Assembly (NCBI GenBank): GCA_963693115.1
Contig: OY843750.1
Coordinates: 60,306-124,305, forward strand
Length of the DNA stretch: 64,000 nt
Direction of reading: 5' to 3'
Source of the DNA: Spirochaetia bacterium
GTDB lineage: Bacteria; Spirochaetota; Spirochaetia; WTKD01; G963693115
Made by a program: the position numbers and the translations under genes. The notes below the pieces were generated by a model. It made no database searches and was not told where the DNA came from. It saw only the letters and a program-made list of their open reading frames with translations. Within the stretch, counting starts at the first letter, position 1. Each line of letters starts with the position of its first letter. This document shows, piece after piece, positions 31,120 through 42,787 of the stretch.

Positions 31120-34100
31120 ATGGACAACAAAAAGGGAGGAGTATTATTTTTGTCGTTACAACGATTTTCTACTATTTATAAGCGAGACGGTAGCACTGCT
31201 CCATATCAACGAGAAAAAATATTAGCTGCCATAAACAAGGCGGCAGACGCAACTCAACATACTATTCCATCCTCACAACTCTCTCAAATACTTGAAGACG
31301 TAGAACTTGATTTAATTAACCAAGATATTCATACGCCAAGCATAGAAAAAATACAAGATGAAATAGAACATGCCCTCATGCTTAACAAATATTTTGATAT
31401 TGCAAAGGCATATATACTGTATCGCCAAAAACACGCCGAACACCGCAGTACCAAAGAAAAACATGCATCACCACGCAAGAAAGAAGAAGAAGCACGCATC
31501 AATATTGTTCATTCTGACGGAACACCCTCGTTCTATGACAGAGTAGTACTCAAACAGTATATTGAAGACCTTACTCGTGATCTTGATCCTCACGAATTTT
31601 CCGTAGAATCATTACTCACTCACACAGAGACTAATCTCTTTTCTGGAATTACCAGTATACAGATACTTGACACACTCATGCTTGCAGCCACAGGACTTAT
31701 CGAATATGACCCAAGCTATGAAATAATTGCATCTCGCATATTACTAAAGAAAATTTACAAAGAGACATTTACTACCAAGATCGCGTCATCAAACCTCAAA
31801 GAAAACTACATGCAGTCCTTTAAATCCCTTGTAAATATTGGATTCACACACGAGCTCTTTAACCAAGAAATGCATGTATTTGACATAGACACCCTCGCCA
31901 CAGCGCTAAAACCCGAATACGATAATCTACTCAAGTATACTGGTATTAAAACCCTACACGATAGGTATTTTTTAAAGCATAATAAGCGATGCATAGAAGC
32001 TCCTCAGCATTTTTGGATGCGCGTCGCAATGGGACTCTCGTACAAAGAAAAAAACCCAAACGAACGTGCGATTGAGTTTTACGAACTTATTTCTCAACTA
32101 TATTATATTCCTTCGACTCCTACGCTTTTTCATAGTGGACTTGCTCGCCCACAACTCAGCTCCTGTTATATTACTACCATTTCTGACGACCTCCACACAA
32201 TATTTAAATGCATAGGTGACAATGCTCAAATGGCAAAGTGGTCGGGTGGAATAGGAAACGATTGGACACCAATCCGTGCCACAGGCACTCACATAAAAAG
32301 CACAAACGTAGAAAGCCAAGGTATCATTCCCTTTCTTAAAATAGCAAACGACACCACGCTCGCTATTAACCGAAGTGGCAAGCGTCGTGGGGCAACCTGC
32401 GCATATCTTGAAACATGGCACCTAGATATCGAAGATTTTCTTGACCTCAAACGCAATACCGGAGATGAGCGACGTCGAACACACGATATGAACACAGCGA
32501 ATTGGGTCCCTGATCTATTTATGAAACGAGTAAAAGAAAAGGCAACGTGGACACTGTTTTCGCCAAATGAAACGGGAGACCTTCATGAACTCTACGGACA
32601 AGCCTTTGAAGACCGCTACCATTACTACGAATCCCAGGCCCAACAAGGACTCTTAAAAAACCATAGAACCATAGAAGCAGAAAAACTATGGAAAAAAATG
32701 CTTACCCGACTTTTTGAAACAGGTCACCCGTGGATAACATTTAAAGACCCGTGTAATATACGTAGCCCCCAAGACCATCAAGGCGTTATCCACAGTAGCA
32801 ATCTATGTACAGAAATCACGCTCAATACCTCAGACAAAGAAACTGCCGTTTGTAATCTTGGATCAATCAACCTCAGCAGACATGTAGAACCTTCTGGCAT
32901 AAATCAGTATCGTCTACAGCAGACCATCAAAACCGCAATGCGCATGCTTGACAACGTGATAGACATAAATTTTTATCCTACACAAGAAGCACATAATAGC
33001 AATCAGAAACATAGACCAGTGGGACTGGGAATCATGGGAGTACAAGATATGCTCTTTACTCTTGGCATACCCTTTGAAAGCGAAGCATGCGTTGAACTCA
33101 TGGATACGACTATGGAATTTATCTCTTACCACGCCTTGCTTTCATCATCAGAACTCGCAAAAGAGCGCGGTAGCTATGAGAGCTATGAAGGATCAAAATG
33201 GTCTAAGGGCATACTACCGCTTGATACACTAACACTGCTTGAACAAGAACGAAAACAAAAAATACCTATACCTAAAACAAAACGCTTGGACTGGCAAAAA
33301 GCGAGAGACCATATAAAAGCATACGGTATGCGTAATAGCAATACTATGGCTATCGCTCCTACAGCCACAATAAGCAATATCTCCGGATGTTTTCCTTGTA
33401 TAGAACCCGCATACAAGAACATCTACGTAAAGTCAAATATGAGTGGTGAATTTACTGTAATTAATACCTTTCTTGTACGAGATCTTAAATCACGAGGATT
33501 GTGGTCAAAGGCTATGCTTGACAAGATAAAATATTTTGACGGCAATATAAAAGATATACAAGAGATTCCCCAAGAATTTCGCACACTCTATAAAGAAGCC
33601 TTCGAGATAGACCCAGTAAAACTCATACGACTTACCGCAGTGCGAGGTAAATGGATAGATCAAAGTCAATCCCACAATATTTTTCTTAAAGGAGCATCGG
33701 GAAAAGTCATAAGCGAAACCTACCTTGCTGCGTGGGAGATGGGGCTAAAAACAACGTATTACTTACGTAGCCTCGCCGCATCACAAATAGAGAAAACATC
33801 ACTTAATGCTCAGGAGTTTGGATACACACAAAAAAGACAGTACTCACTTAGTCAACATGCTTCTAAAAACACAAATGGCACTCCAACTGATGACACTCCT
33901 GCACCTACAAAATACCATACAGAAAACACCGTCTTTAGTAGCGCGGAAGCAAGCAGTACAGAAGCACCTTTAGCACAACTACACGCCAGTGACGATATCT
34001 CAGAAGATTCGCTCTTATCTGCAGACATACATCAGTCAGAATCACCCACACAGGAGACGCAAGCAGATAGTGTTATCACATCAGCGTGCAGTATTATGGA

Positions 34101-34125
34101 CCCCGATTGCGAGGTATGCCAATAA
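31120..34125 (+). CDS. nrdA: Ribonucleoside-diphosphate reductase alpha subunit (class Ia) with ATP-cone
   Basis: 1001 aa. N-terminal ATP-cone (IYKRDGSTAPYQREKI). Catalytic NLCTEI motif. C-terminal redox-active Cys pair (DPDCEVCQ). C-terminal low-complexity extension. Confidence 0.92.
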   Translation: MDNKKGGVLFLSLQRFSTIYKRDGSTAPYQREKILAAINKAADATQHTIPSSQLSQILEDVELDLINQDIHTPSIEKIQDEIEHALMLNKYFDIAKAYILYRQKHAEHRSTKEKHASPRKKEEEARINIVHSDGTPSFYDRVVLKQYIEDLTRDLDPHEFSVESLLTHTETNLFSGITSIQILDTLMLAATGLIEYDPSYEIIASRILLKKIYKETFTTKIASSNLKENYMQSFKSLVNIGFTHELFNQEMHVFDIDTLATALKPEYDNLLKYTGIKTLHDRYFLKHNKRCIEAPQHFWMRVAMGLSYKEKNPNERAIEFYELISQLYYIPSTPTLFHSGLARPQLSSCYITTISDDLHTIFKCIGDNAQMAKWSGGIGNDWTPIRATGTHIKSTNVESQGIIPFLKIANDTTLAINRSGKRRGATCAYLETWHLDIEDFLDLKRNTGDERRRTHDMNTANWVPDLFMKRVKEKATWTLFSPNETGDLHELYGQAFEDRYHYYESQAQQGLLKNHRTIEAEKLWKKMLTRLFETGHPWITFKDPCNIRSPQDHQGVIHSSNLCTEITLNTSDKETAVCNLGSINLSRHVEPSGINQYRLQQTIKTAMRMLDNVIDINFYPTQEAHNSNQKHRPVGLGIMGVQDMLFTLGIPFESEACVELMDTTMEFISYHALLSSSELAKERGSYESYEGSKWSKGILPLDTLTLLEQERKQKIPIPKTKRLDWQKARDHIKAYGMRNSNTMAIAPTATISNISGCFPCIEPAYKNIYVKSNMSGEFTVINTFLVRDLKSRGLWSKAMLDKIKYFDGNIKDIQEIPQEFRTLYKEAFEIDPVKLIRLTAVRGKWIDQSQSHNIFLKGASGKVISETYLAAWEMGLKTTYYLRSLAASQIEKTSLNAQEFGYTQKRQYSLSQHASKNTNGTPTDDTPAPTKYHTENTVFSSAEASSTEAPLAQLHASDDISEDSLLSADIHQSESPTQETQADSVITSACSIMDPDCEVCQ

Positions 34126-34362
34126 AAAAACCATGAGTCGTCCTTCTGCACTACCTCTTTCCTTACTCTCCTCCCCCTTTACCCTTTCTCATGTGGCCTA
34201 TAAACATAGTCTCAATATAGCCACCCTGCAGTCATCTTACAGCAACTCAAAGCTACTTATTAATTCAAAACACACAAAATCACAAAACACTATTCAGGAC
34301 GATGAAACAGCAGATAGCATAATCACAAATACAAATACATTAAGGAGTATACATAAAACATT

Positions 34363-35358
34363 ATGGGAATCATAAACAATAGTAAAACTGACCCAAATAA
34401 AATACTGCCCATGACCTATCACTGGGCAAGACAATATTACAAAGATGGTGTTGCAAATAATTGGACACCAGAAGAAATCCCCATGCAACAAGACAGTGAG
34501 CAGTGGAAATCGGATTCTGTTCTCAATCCTACAGAACGAAAACTCATACTATGGAATCTTGGTTTTTTTTCTACGGCAGAATCGCTTACAGCAAATAACA
34601 TAGTACTCGCACTCTACGGACACATTACTAACCCTGAATGTCGACAATACATGCTCAGACAAGCCTACGAAGAAGCAATACATACGGATACTTTTATTTA
34701 CTGCTGCGATACCCTCGGGCTTGACCCCGACGAAATATACAATATGTATAATGTCATTCCTAGCATAAAGGAAAAAGATGATTACGTAGTAAATCTTACG
34801 AAAAATGTCCTAAACCCTCACTTTAGCACAGATGGTACGCACAATATACAGACCTTTATCCACGATCTCGTAGGATTCTACATCATAATGGAAGGCATAT
34901 TTTTTTATGCTGGCTTTGCCATGATGCTCGCTCTTAAACGACAAAACAAGATGGTAGGTATAGGTGAACAATTTGAATATATAATGCGCGATGAAAGCCT
35001 CCACCTTGCCTTTGGATCTGATGTTATTAACACCATCGCAGCAGAAAACCCCCAAGCATGGACACCAGATTTTAAAGAAGAAATTAGACAGTTAGTAATC
35101 ACCTCGGTAGACTTAGAAACTCGCTATGCATACGATGCCTGCCCTGATGGCATAGTTGGCATAAACGCACCGCAATTTGCGCGCTACGTTGAATACATTG
35201 CAGACAGAAGGCTAGAACGCATAGGGCTTGATTCACATTTTAATCAAGAAAATCCATTCCCGTGGATGAGTCAATCTGTTGATCTCTCCAAAGAGAAAAA
35301 CTTTTTTGAAACACGAGTAACAGAATACCAGACGGCGGGTCAACTAAGCTGGGATTAA
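34363..35358 (+). CDS. nrdB: Ribonucleoside-diphosphate reductase beta subunit
   Basis: 331 aa ferritin-like protein. Diiron ligands (EEAIHTD, MRDESLHL). Confidence 0.9.
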   Translation: MGIINNSKTDPNKILPMTYHWARQYYKDGVANNWTPEEIPMQQDSEQWKSDSVLNPTERKLILWNLGFFSTAESLTANNIVLALYGHITNPECRQYMLRQAYEEAIHTDTFIYCCDTLGLDPDEIYNMYNVIPSIKEKDDYVVNLTKNVLNPHFSTDGTHNIQTFIHDLVGFYIIMEGIFFYAGFAMMLALKRQNKMVGIGEQFEYIMRDESLHLAFGSDVINTIAAENPQAWTPDFKEEIRQLVITSVDLETRYAYDACPDGIVGINAPQFARYVEYIADRRLERIGLDSHFNQENPFPWMSQSVDLSKEKNFFETRVTEYQTAGQLSWD

Positions 35359-35551
35359 ATTAAACCTACAATTAGGACTAAGCACTGGCCAGTTAATCTA
35401 GCAGTTACTCTAGCAGTTAATTTGGCAAAGCTAACTGAGGTCATTTTTTTTACTAAAGTGTACTAAAGTGGGAGTGTGTTCTATATAGCTCATCACTCCC
35501 GAAACCGATCCTAAGAGCAAGATCTTACATCCCTTAACCTTAGCTGTATTT

Positions 35552-36097
35552 TTAACCGTGTTTTTTCTGTAAATTTTGCAAGATTTTTCCACAAATCTGT
35601 ACTACGCTAAGAGAAGCATCAGTAATTATCATATTTGCGCGAGATTGAAAATCGAGAATGTCAATATTATAAAGACGTTTATATCGCGCAATGTCGCGGG
35701 CATCACGCACCTTGGTTTTATTGTATGACTCTAAGTATTCTATCTCTTCTCTCAATGCTATACGTCGTGCACGTTCTTCAAGGGAAAAATGTAAATAGAC
35801 ACGAAACATGACATTTTCGGCAAACCATAGCGCGAGGCGCGACCCTACCACGCAGGTATTTTTTCGCGTATATTCTTTAATACGACTATCGATATACCTA
35901 TCAAAATCGTCTGAAATTTCGGCCTGTCGCGCAACCTCATCGAGTGCCATTCCCTTATCATTAGCGAGAGCACGAAAGGTGTAGTTATAAAAAGGAATAT
36001 TAAGTTGTTTTGCAAGCATACCGCTCACGGATGTGTTGCCGCAACCACTTAATCCAGAAATAGCGATCGATCCTACAATCATAGTGTCGTTAATCAT
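35552..36097 (-). CDS. cmk: Cytidylate kinase homolog with non-canonical P-loop
   Basis: Aligns by eye to Cmk throughout (AISGLSGCGNTSVSGMLAKQL, SLEERARRIALRE, DILDFQSRANMIITD). The Walker A reads GLSGCGNT (Lys replaced by Asn). Start overlaps the murC stop. Confidence 0.65.
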   Translation of the reverse strand: MINDTMIVGSIAISGLSGCGNTSVSGMLAKQLNIPFYNYTFRALANDKGMALDEVARQAEISDDFDRYIDSRIKEYTRKNTCVVGSRLALWFAENVMFRVYLHFSLEERARRIALREEIEYLESYNKTKVRDARDIARYKRLYNIDILDFQSRANMIITDASLSVVQICGKILQNLQKKHG

Positions 36098-37614
36098 ACT
36101 GTCGCTCTAGTTTTTACATCTTGACTCTGAGTCAACATTTGAACAAGGCCATGAGAAAGCTCAAAATTATTTCCTGCACCTAAGGTTACAAACACATCAC
36201 CACTCTTTAGAGAATTAGCTAATTGAGTAACCAAGTCCATATGATTATGAACAAAAAAAGATTCAGGAACACGACTCCGAACTCCCTCAAAAAACTCTTG
36301 TGCCAATGTGTCAAGAGGTTTTTTGTGTTCTCGAGGAGTAGGATAAATTGGATGTAAGTAACACACATCAGCAAGGTCAAAACATCGTATAAAATCCTGT
36401 AGTAAGGCCTTGGTTCTGCTATAGGTATGTGGCATAAAACTCACTAATAATTTTTTTGGTTTATATATATCGCGAATACCTTGCAAGGTTGTACGTACGG
36501 CAAGTGGATGATGTGCATAGTCATCAATGACAATGACTTCTTTATGAGAATAAAGTACCTGCGAGCGTCTCTGCAGCGTCGTGGCATTCTCGAGTGCTTT
36601 GGAAGCCTTCGCCCAATCTATGGGTTTGTCATGGTAGAATTTTTGGTGGAGAAAACGGTACAATACAATTGCCAAAGCTGCGTCTTCTATGAGTTTCTCA
36701 TTCAGAGCAGGAAGCCTCCATGTGACTTGGTTAAGCGGAGTTTCTTTGTACGAAGGTAGCCTTTTTGCTTTTGTGCCTTTAGAAATCGCTTGCACTCGCT
36801 TATGTGAGTCATCTACCGTAAACGTGTATTTTAAATTCTGTATCCCTTTAAAGACAACGTGATAGTCTCCTGACGTGCCCACGGTCACTATGGGAACATC
36901 GTACCGAGAAGAAAAAAAGCGCTTGGTATCAACATGGGTGACTATATAGTCCAAATTTTTTTTATGAGCATCAATATACCCCATAATTGCTTTTGATACA
37001 TCGTCTACACTTTCAAACGTATCTGGGTGATCTAAATCTATATTTAAGAGTAAAACAATCGACGGCATAAAATGCATAAAATGGTTGCGATATTCGCATA
37101 CTTCAGCAGCAAAAAAGCGTTTTCCTTTTACATACACACCCGACTGATCAAATTGTGGCATAGCGGATCCAAACAGAACGGTTGCATCTGCCTCTTGCGA
37201 CTGACACAGGATCGCTAAGTACGCAGTTGTACTCGTCTTTCCATGCGTTCCAAGTATTGCAGCAGAATACATTTCGCGAGATATCATGCCCAACAACTCC
37301 GGATACGACACGCACTGGTACTTTTCAAAGGCATAACAAAGCTGTTTATTATCATCCCTGCTGTACGCAGGAGAATACAAGACCCAGTCTACATCATGAT
37401 CTATATCACTGACATGAAAACCACGATCACATGCTATGCCATTAAACTCAAGGGTCTTATCAGTAAAAAATGAATCAGCACCATCACTACCGCGTACCTT
37501 ATAACCCCACTTCTTTAAAAGAACAGCCATTGCAGCAACGCCACTCCCTTTGAGTCCGATACAATATACCTTTTTTCCTGATGGTAATCCCCTGCTCAAA
37601 TATACGTCTTTCAC
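36094..37614 (-). CDS. murC: UDP-N-acetylmuramate--L-alanine ligase (Mur ligase family)
   Basis: 506 aa. N-terminal Rossmann IGLKGSGVAAMAVLLKKWGYKVRGSD. Mur ligase P-loop ILGTHGKTSTTAYL. C-terminal Mur ligase domain. Confidence 0.85.
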   Translation of the reverse strand: MKDVYLSRGLPSGKKVYCIGLKGSGVAAMAVLLKKWGYKVRGSDGADSFFTDKTLEFNGIACDRGFHVSDIDHDVDWVLYSPAYSRDDNKQLCYAFEKYQCVSYPELLGMISREMYSAAILGTHGKTSTTAYLAILCQSQEADATVLFGSAMPQFDQSGVYVKGKRFFAAEVCEYRNHFMHFMPSIVLLLNIDLDHPDTFESVDDVSKAIMGYIDAHKKNLDYIVTHVDTKRFFSSRYDVPIVTVGTSGDYHVVFKGIQNLKYTFTVDDSHKRVQAISKGTKAKRLPSYKETPLNQVTWRLPALNEKLIEDAALAIVLYRFLHQKFYHDKPIDWAKASKALENATTLQRRSQVLYSHKEVIVIDDYAHHPLAVRTTLQGIRDIYKPKKLLVSFMPHTYSRTKALLQDFIRCFDLADVCYLHPIYPTPREHKKPLDTLAQEFFEGVRSRVPESFFVHNHMDLVTQLANSLKSGDVFVTLGAGNNFELSHGLVQMLTQSQDVKTRATV

Positions 37615-37680
37615 TATAGGTATCCGCTTATTTCTTTGTTTTTTTGATGTTCTTGGTTTTGGACCTGCGCCACACGCGTC

Positions 37681-38025
37681 TTAGCCGGGGGGCCACGTAA
37701 ACTGTCTTCCTGCAAGAATATGGGCGTGGAGATACAACACAGTTTGCTGAGCATCTTCGCCATTGTTAAACACAACACGATACCCTTTTTGGTTTAGCCC
37801 TAGAGTAGTAGCAGTTTTGCTCACGCCCATCAAAAAATAGCCTAGTGTAAGCGGGTCTTTTGTCGCAATTTCGGTGAGCGAAATAATCTTTGTCTTAGGT
37901 ATCACAAGCACATGCGTTGGAGCTATAGGATGAAGGTCATTAAACGAGAGCACATATTCGTCTTCGTACACGATATCTGCTGGAATTTCTTGTGTTAAAA
38001 TTTTTTCAAAAATGCTTATACTCAT
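37681..38025 (-). CDS. HIT-family (Hint-like) nucleotide hydrolase
   Basis: 114 aa. HIT motif region VLYLHAHILAGRQ (two catalytic His retained; first His is Tyr). Confidence 0.75.
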   Translation of the reverse strand: MSISIFEKILTQEIPADIVYEDEYVLSFNDLHPIAPTHVLVIPKTKIISLTEIATKDPLTLGYFLMGVSKTATTLGLNQKGYRVVFNNGEDAQQTVLYLHAHILAGRQFTWPPG

Positions 38026-38128
38026 ACTAGTAATAAATTGTTATTCTCAGACTATGTCATAGGATTATGGTAAATCCGTGCCATCCTTATTTAATTACTT
38101 TTCCCATGTATTCACGTTCCGCTACACG

Positions 38129-38710
38129 CTACACAAGGTCACAGGCCTCTGCGGGCATCCAGTGCTCATCTTGTCCTTCCCACTTTATGTTGCAACCAAT
38201 GGGATTTGTTTTGACAATGCTAAGAGGTCGATCAAAAATAAGGTCATTTAACACTATCTCTAGTGTTTTCTCCTTTACCAATACTAGATTTCGTGGACTG
38301 TCAACTCCCCTTCCTGTATACCGTAGCTTTCTCTCTTGATCAAAGACAAAAAAATGAGGAGTGCGTAGCGCACCATAGGCGCGGGCAACATCCTGATTTT
38401 CGTCATACAGATACACCCATGGAAAGGCATGGGTTTCCATGCGTTTTACCATCTTTTCAAAACTATCCTCAGGCTTCGTTCTAGCACTATTCGAATTTAT
38501 TCCCACAAAACGCACTCCCTTTTCTGCAAAGCTATCCGCATAGCTCATAGTAAGAGAGTCTGAGTTGACCACATAGGGGCAGTGGTTACACGTAAAAAAA
38601 ATAACCAAAAATCGTGCATCTGCAAAGTCAGCAAGCGAGTAGCGCTTGCCATCTGTCGCCAACAACAAAAAATCTGGTGCTTGTTGATCAATTTCTAATG
38701 TATATGACAT
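38129..38710 (-). CDS. Thioredoxin-fold thiol-disulfide oxidoreductase (redoxin/AhpC-TSA family), CxxC = CNHC
   Basis: 193 aa. [10 protein letters not shown] active-site region in a thioredoxin-like context. Confidence 0.65.
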   Translation of the reverse strand: MSYTLEIDQQAPDFLLLATDGKRYSLADFADARFLVIFFTCNHCPYVVNSDSLTMSYADSFAEKGVRFVGINSNSARTKPEDSFEKMVKRMETHAFPWVYLYDENQDVARAYGALRTPHFFVFDQERKLRYTGRGVDSPRNLVLVKEKTLEIVLNDLIFDRPLSIVKTNPIGCNIKWEGQDEHWMPAEACDLV

Positions 38711-38747
38711 GTAAAACTCCTATGAGTATATATTATACTATAGATGG

Positions 38748-39068
38748 ATGAGTTTTAATAGTAGCCACATAGACAGTAACCATACTCCCCCAAGCACAAC
38801 TGCAGATGCAGGCGCACAAGATGCAAGCATAGATGAGTCTGTGGTCACCGTTCAAGGAAAAATAGATCTCATTGGTGCCACGTGTACCTCTTGCGCAATA
38901 GGCATAGAACGCATGGGAAAAAAATTACCAGGAGTACGGGACGTATATGTCGATAAGGCAGAAAGTTGCGTGTATGTACATTACGACGGACAACGTCTCA
39001 GTCTCGAAAAAATCTGTGACTTCATTCATCGTATAGGATACCAAGCACATATAAGTGCAATACAGTAA
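38748..39068 (+). CDS. Heavy-metal-associated (HMA) domain protein, CopZ-like metallochaperone
   Basis: 106 aa. GATCTSCAIGIE matches the GMTCxxC HMA metal-binding motif, with the expected ferredoxin-like spacing. Confidence 0.7.
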   Translation: MSFNSSHIDSNHTPPSTTADAGAQDASIDESVVTVQGKIDLIGATCTSCAIGIERMGKKLPGVRDVYVDKAESCVYVHYDGQRLSLEKICDFIHRIGYQAHISAIQ

Positions 39069-39173
39069 GCAAGCATTTAATCACCCTTGCCAAATTTTAC
39101 CCATAGCAAGTTCTGCCTATCGTTCTGCTATATTACGCTTTCCAAGAAAGAAACCCTTTAACAGTTGCCTGTA

Positions 39174-41915
39174 CTATGCATGTTCTTGTGCAGTGAGACT
39201 TTCCTCATAGGGTTTTGATTGACTGATATTCTGCACAAAAAAATCTCCATCATCGTAGCGAATTTCAATAGTATCTCCGGATACAATTCTTTCTTCAATG
39301 AGTGCATCAGAAAGTAAATTTTCAATCTTTGAAAGATTCCATTTAATTTGCCGCGCACCCGACTTATACTGAGTATCCTGTTGAAGCAGTGCATCAAATG
39401 ATGATGGATGAAAATCAATGTGTATATTTTCTGAAGCAAGAAAATCCCTCATGCCCTGCGTAAGCATATAACATATTTTTGAGAGTTCGGGTTTTTTAAG
39501 TGGATTAAACAAAACAATATCATCAAAACGATTAAGAAATTCGGGTCTGAGACTTTGCTTTGCAATAGAAAGCACCGCATTTTTTGTACTCTCATATTCT
39601 GATGCGCCAGAACCAGAAAATCCGACAGGAGTAAATTCAAATTGTTCGCTCCCTAGGTTGGACGTCATAATGATAATTGAGTGTTGAAAGTACCCTGTTT
39701 CACCCGAGAGACTCGTCAACTGCCCCTCATCAAAGAGTTGCAAAAAAACATCGAGCACTTTAGGGTGTGCTTTTTCTATTTCATCAAAGAGTAATACTTG
39801 ATGAGGACGTTTTTTGACCGCACGAATAAGTGGTGATCCATCTTCAAATCCGGCATATCCGGGAGCAGCGCCTACAAATCGGGCATGACTCTGCATATCC
39901 ATAAATTCGGACATATCAAAGCGTGTAATACAGGTTTCACTTCCAAACATGTCAAGCGAAAGTTGCTTTGCAGTAAACGTTTTTCCTACACCCGTCGGTC
40001 CCAAGAACAAGAAAACCCCCATAGGACGCTTATTTTCTCGTAATCCCACGTAGCTACGTCGTAGAGAATTAAGCAAACTGTCTATCGCTTCATTTTGTCC
40101 AACCACTTTCTCTTTGAGCGAATCATTAAGCTGTCTAATAATCTTCTTTTTATCCGAAAGCATCTTTTCGACCGGCACTCCTACAATAAGAGAAATAATT
40201 TCTCGAACCTTGTTAAGGCTTACTGATTTGACATATTTTGTAGCATCTAAAGACAGTTGACTTTCAAGGTTTTTTCTTTGCGATGAAATATTTTTTATTT
40301 TAATGAGAGAACTTTTATGTTGACGTGGGTTTTCAAATTGAGTAGCAGAATACCCAGTAGAAAGCATAGAGGTGGAAAAGTCATTGCTTAGACTATTTTG
40401 TTTATCTGTAGACGCCTCCTTATTACCATAAGGAGATGAAAGTGCATGTTTCTCACGATGAGGAATAAGTACATCATCCTTCTCTGTTTTTGCAACGAGT
40501 TTTGAAAGTTCGATTTCTTGTTTATACAACAAGTGCAATTCACTTGGTGTTTTTGATTCAAGTAATGAATAGTAAGATCCAACTTCGTCTAGCAGATCAA
40601 AGGCCTTGTCAGGAAACTTACGCTCTTGGAGATATACATCTGCACAGGTGACAATCTCCTTGATGATTTCTGGTTCGTATACTACCCTATGGTTCTGTTC
40701 GTAATGATGCTTTGCTTTGACCAAGGCTTCATAGGTATCTTCTATACTCATTTCTTCTATTTCGACTTTTTGTAAACGTCGTGAGAACGCGCTATCCTTC
40801 TCTATGTATTTATGGTACTCTGAGTCTGTTGTTGCACCTATAAGACAAATCTCGCCACGTGCAAGCGCCGGCTTAAGCATTCCTGCAGCATCCATTGTTA
40901 ACCCCACCGCAAGCCCTGCACCAATAATATGATGAATCTCGTCTACAAAAATGATGCATCTATTCTTTTTACTTCTTTTCTTTATCTCATTAAGAACGGC
41001 AATAAACCGTTCTTCAAAATCACCACGATACCTTGTCCCTGCAGTGAGTCCAGCTATATCCAATTGGAGTACTTGTGCTGAAAGAAGCTGGATGGGACAT
41101 TCGCCAAAGGCTATCTGGCGTGCAAGCTCTTCGACGAGAGCAGTTTTTCCTACACCCGGATCACCAACCAAAATAGGGTTGTTTTTACTTTGCCTTAATA
41201 GGATGCGATATACTGCTTCAATTTCTTTTTGACGTCCAAATATTGAATCATATCCCTTTTTCTTTGCGTGCTCAGTAAGGTTGTTAAAATATTGTTCAAC
41301 TTTTATTCCATCTCCAGACTTATCCCCTGCTCTTTTGGGAAACTGATCATCTCGCTTATACATGTGTTTGTGTAATAGTTTGTGTGAATTTACAATGGGA
41401 AAAAAGTCTAGTTCATTTTCTGCTTGAAAACCTTGTTTATACGACGAGATATCTTCACCACGCACAAATAAACTCAGGTCTTTCGCTGTATAGCCTTGTT
41501 GCTTGATATAACTTTCGGCTATCGTTGATTTTTCCGCACAACAAGCAACAAAAATTGAATAAGAGCTCAAAACATTTGATTGAATACGAAGGCTCTCATT
41601 AATGGCAAATTTGAGCACTTCTTCGGTACGCGACGAAACTGGAACTCTTATCTTTAGATTGAACTCCTTTTGCAAAGAAGAAATATCACATGGCTCAGGT
41701 TTTCTTCGTGATACCGTATAGCGCTCCAATACTAATAAAAAATTGTTAAGATCAATTTTTTGTTCTAGAATCGAAACCGCTTCGCTTCCTCTATCGCGCA
41801 TTATGGCTATGAGAATATGCTCCGGTTGAACAAGTGAATCGCCCATAGTCTGGGCGATTTCAAATGCGTCTACGTTTATTATGTGGTGTGTTTTTTCAGT
41901 TAGTCCTCTAAACAT
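39174..41915 (-). CDS. ClpA/ClpB/ClpC-family AAA+ chaperone ATPase (two nucleotide-binding domains)
   Basis: 913 aa. N-terminal Clp_N-like repeats. D1 Walker [14 protein letters not shown]2 Walker [15 protein letters not shown]. The sensor and arginine-finger regions are conserved. Long Ser/Thr-rich linker between D1 and D2. Confidence 0.85.
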   Translation of the reverse strand: MFRGLTEKTHHIINVDAFEIAQTMGDSLVQPEHILIAIMRDRGSEAVSILEQKIDLNNFLLVLERYTVSRRKPEPCDISSLQKEFNLKIRVPVSSRTEEVLKFAINESLRIQSNVLSSYSIFVACCAEKSTIAESYIKQQGYTAKDLSLFVRGEDISSYKQGFQAENELDFFPIVNSHKLLHKHMYKRDDQFPKRAGDKSGDGIKVEQYFNNLTEHAKKKGYDSIFGRQKEIEAVYRILLRQSKNNPILVGDPGVGKTALVEELARQIAFGECPIQLLSAQVLQLDIAGLTAGTRYRGDFEERFIAVLNEIKKRSKKNRCIIFVDEIHHIIGAGLAVGLTMDAAGMLKPALARGEICLIGATTDSEYHKYIEKDSAFSRRLQKVEIEEMSIEDTYEALVKAKHHYEQNHRVVYEPEIIKEIVTCADVYLQERKFPDKAFDLLDEVGSYYSLLESKTPSELHLLYKQEIELSKLVAKTEKDDVLIPHREKHALSSPYGNKEASTDKQNSLSNDFSTSMLSTGYSATQFENPRQHKSSLIKIKNISSQRKNLESQLSLDATKYVKSVSLNKVREIISLIVGVPVEKMLSDKKKIIRQLNDSLKEKVVGQNEAIDSLLNSLRRSYVGLRENKRPMGVFLFLGPTGVGKTFTAKQLSLDMFGSETCITRFDMSEFMDMQSHARFVGAAPGYAGFEDGSPLIRAVKKRPHQVLLFDEIEKAHPKVLDVFLQLFDEGQLTSLSGETGYFQHSIIIMTSNLGSEQFEFTPVGFSGSGASEYESTKNAVLSIAKQSLRPEFLNRFDDIVLFNPLKKPELSKICYMLTQGMRDFLASENIHIDFHPSSFDALLQQDTQYKSGARQIKWNLSKIENLLSDALIEERIVSGDTIEIRYDDGDFFVQNISQSKPYEESLTAQEHA

Positions 41916-42082
41916 TAAATCATCCTTGATTACTATATATATCTTTCGGCATCTTGCCCTTTTTTCTATACATTACTGTATATAAGATACACAAAAAATA
42001 AGATACACAAAAAATCGGTTTATAAGACCACTATGCTGGCACAGTATACATTTATGAGATATTACTAAAAAATATGGAATAT

Positions 42083-42763
42083 TTAAAATTCTAAGGGAAA
42101 ATCTGCGCGTTGTAGCATGCTATTCCACAGGGTTTTTACACGCTCTTGGGCCTTTCGTTGCCCTTCTTCTTGCTTGTTTTCTTTTGTGTATTCTTTTTTG
42201 AGGAGTTGATACAAAAGGGCTATGCCAAAGTCTTGTGCAGTTCCGATTCCCTTACTTGTGATGATATTATCAAACATAACAACTGATGCATGCGGAACCA
42301 ATGTCGCAGTTGGCTCGTGTCCACTAAGCTCTGCCATAAACTCAGGGTGGCACACGCAGGATGTATGTGCTAAGATGCCGAGAGGCGCAAGTACCCGCGC
42401 AGGTGCTGCGCATATTGCCCCAATCAGCCCTTTTTGCTGATTGTGTGCAAGAACTATATCGGATAGTTCTGTGTGTTGTGCAAGGTTGTCTGAGCCAGGA
42501 ATTCCCCCTGGCAACACGAGTACATCATCTGCCCCCATTGTCTTTAATTCATCAAATGGAGCACACCTAAGAACCGTGCCATGCGAGGCCTCTACTGCTA
42601 AAGGCGAAGAATGATCGTGAACATTCGATTTTGGATCTACAGGTTTTGGGTCTACAATAGCAATATGACATGGGCTATATCCACCTCGAGAAAGAATATC
42701 ACTGGGATATAAGGCTTCTATATCCTCAAAGCCGGGAGCAATAGCTATAAATACCCGTGCCAT
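42083..42763 (-). CDS. DJ-1/PfpI (ThiJ) family protein
   Basis: 226 aa. Nucleophile-elbow Cys in GAICAAPARVL. Class I glutamine-amidotransferase-like fold pattern. Confidence 0.75.
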   Translation of the reverse strand: MARVFIAIAPGFEDIEALYPSDILSRGGYSPCHIAIVDPKPVDPKSNVHDHSSPLAVEASHGTVLRCAPFDELKTMGADDVLVLPGGIPGSDNLAQHTELSDIVLAHNQQKGLIGAICAAPARVLAPLGILAHTSCVCHPEFMAELSGHEPTATLVPHASVVMFDNIITSKGIGTAQDFGIALLYQLLKKEYTKENKQEEGQRKAQERVKTLWNSMLQRADFPLEF

Positions 42764-42787
42764 ACTGATCTAAAACAGAACTCCTCT

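Noticed and set aside
36481-36759. Small plus-strand ORFs inside murC (36481-36759, 37182-37473) and inside other large genes (e.g. 7327-7666 in dnaE, 18940-19425 in hppA)
   Set aside because: Antisense and embedded in strongly supported genes; no independent evidence.
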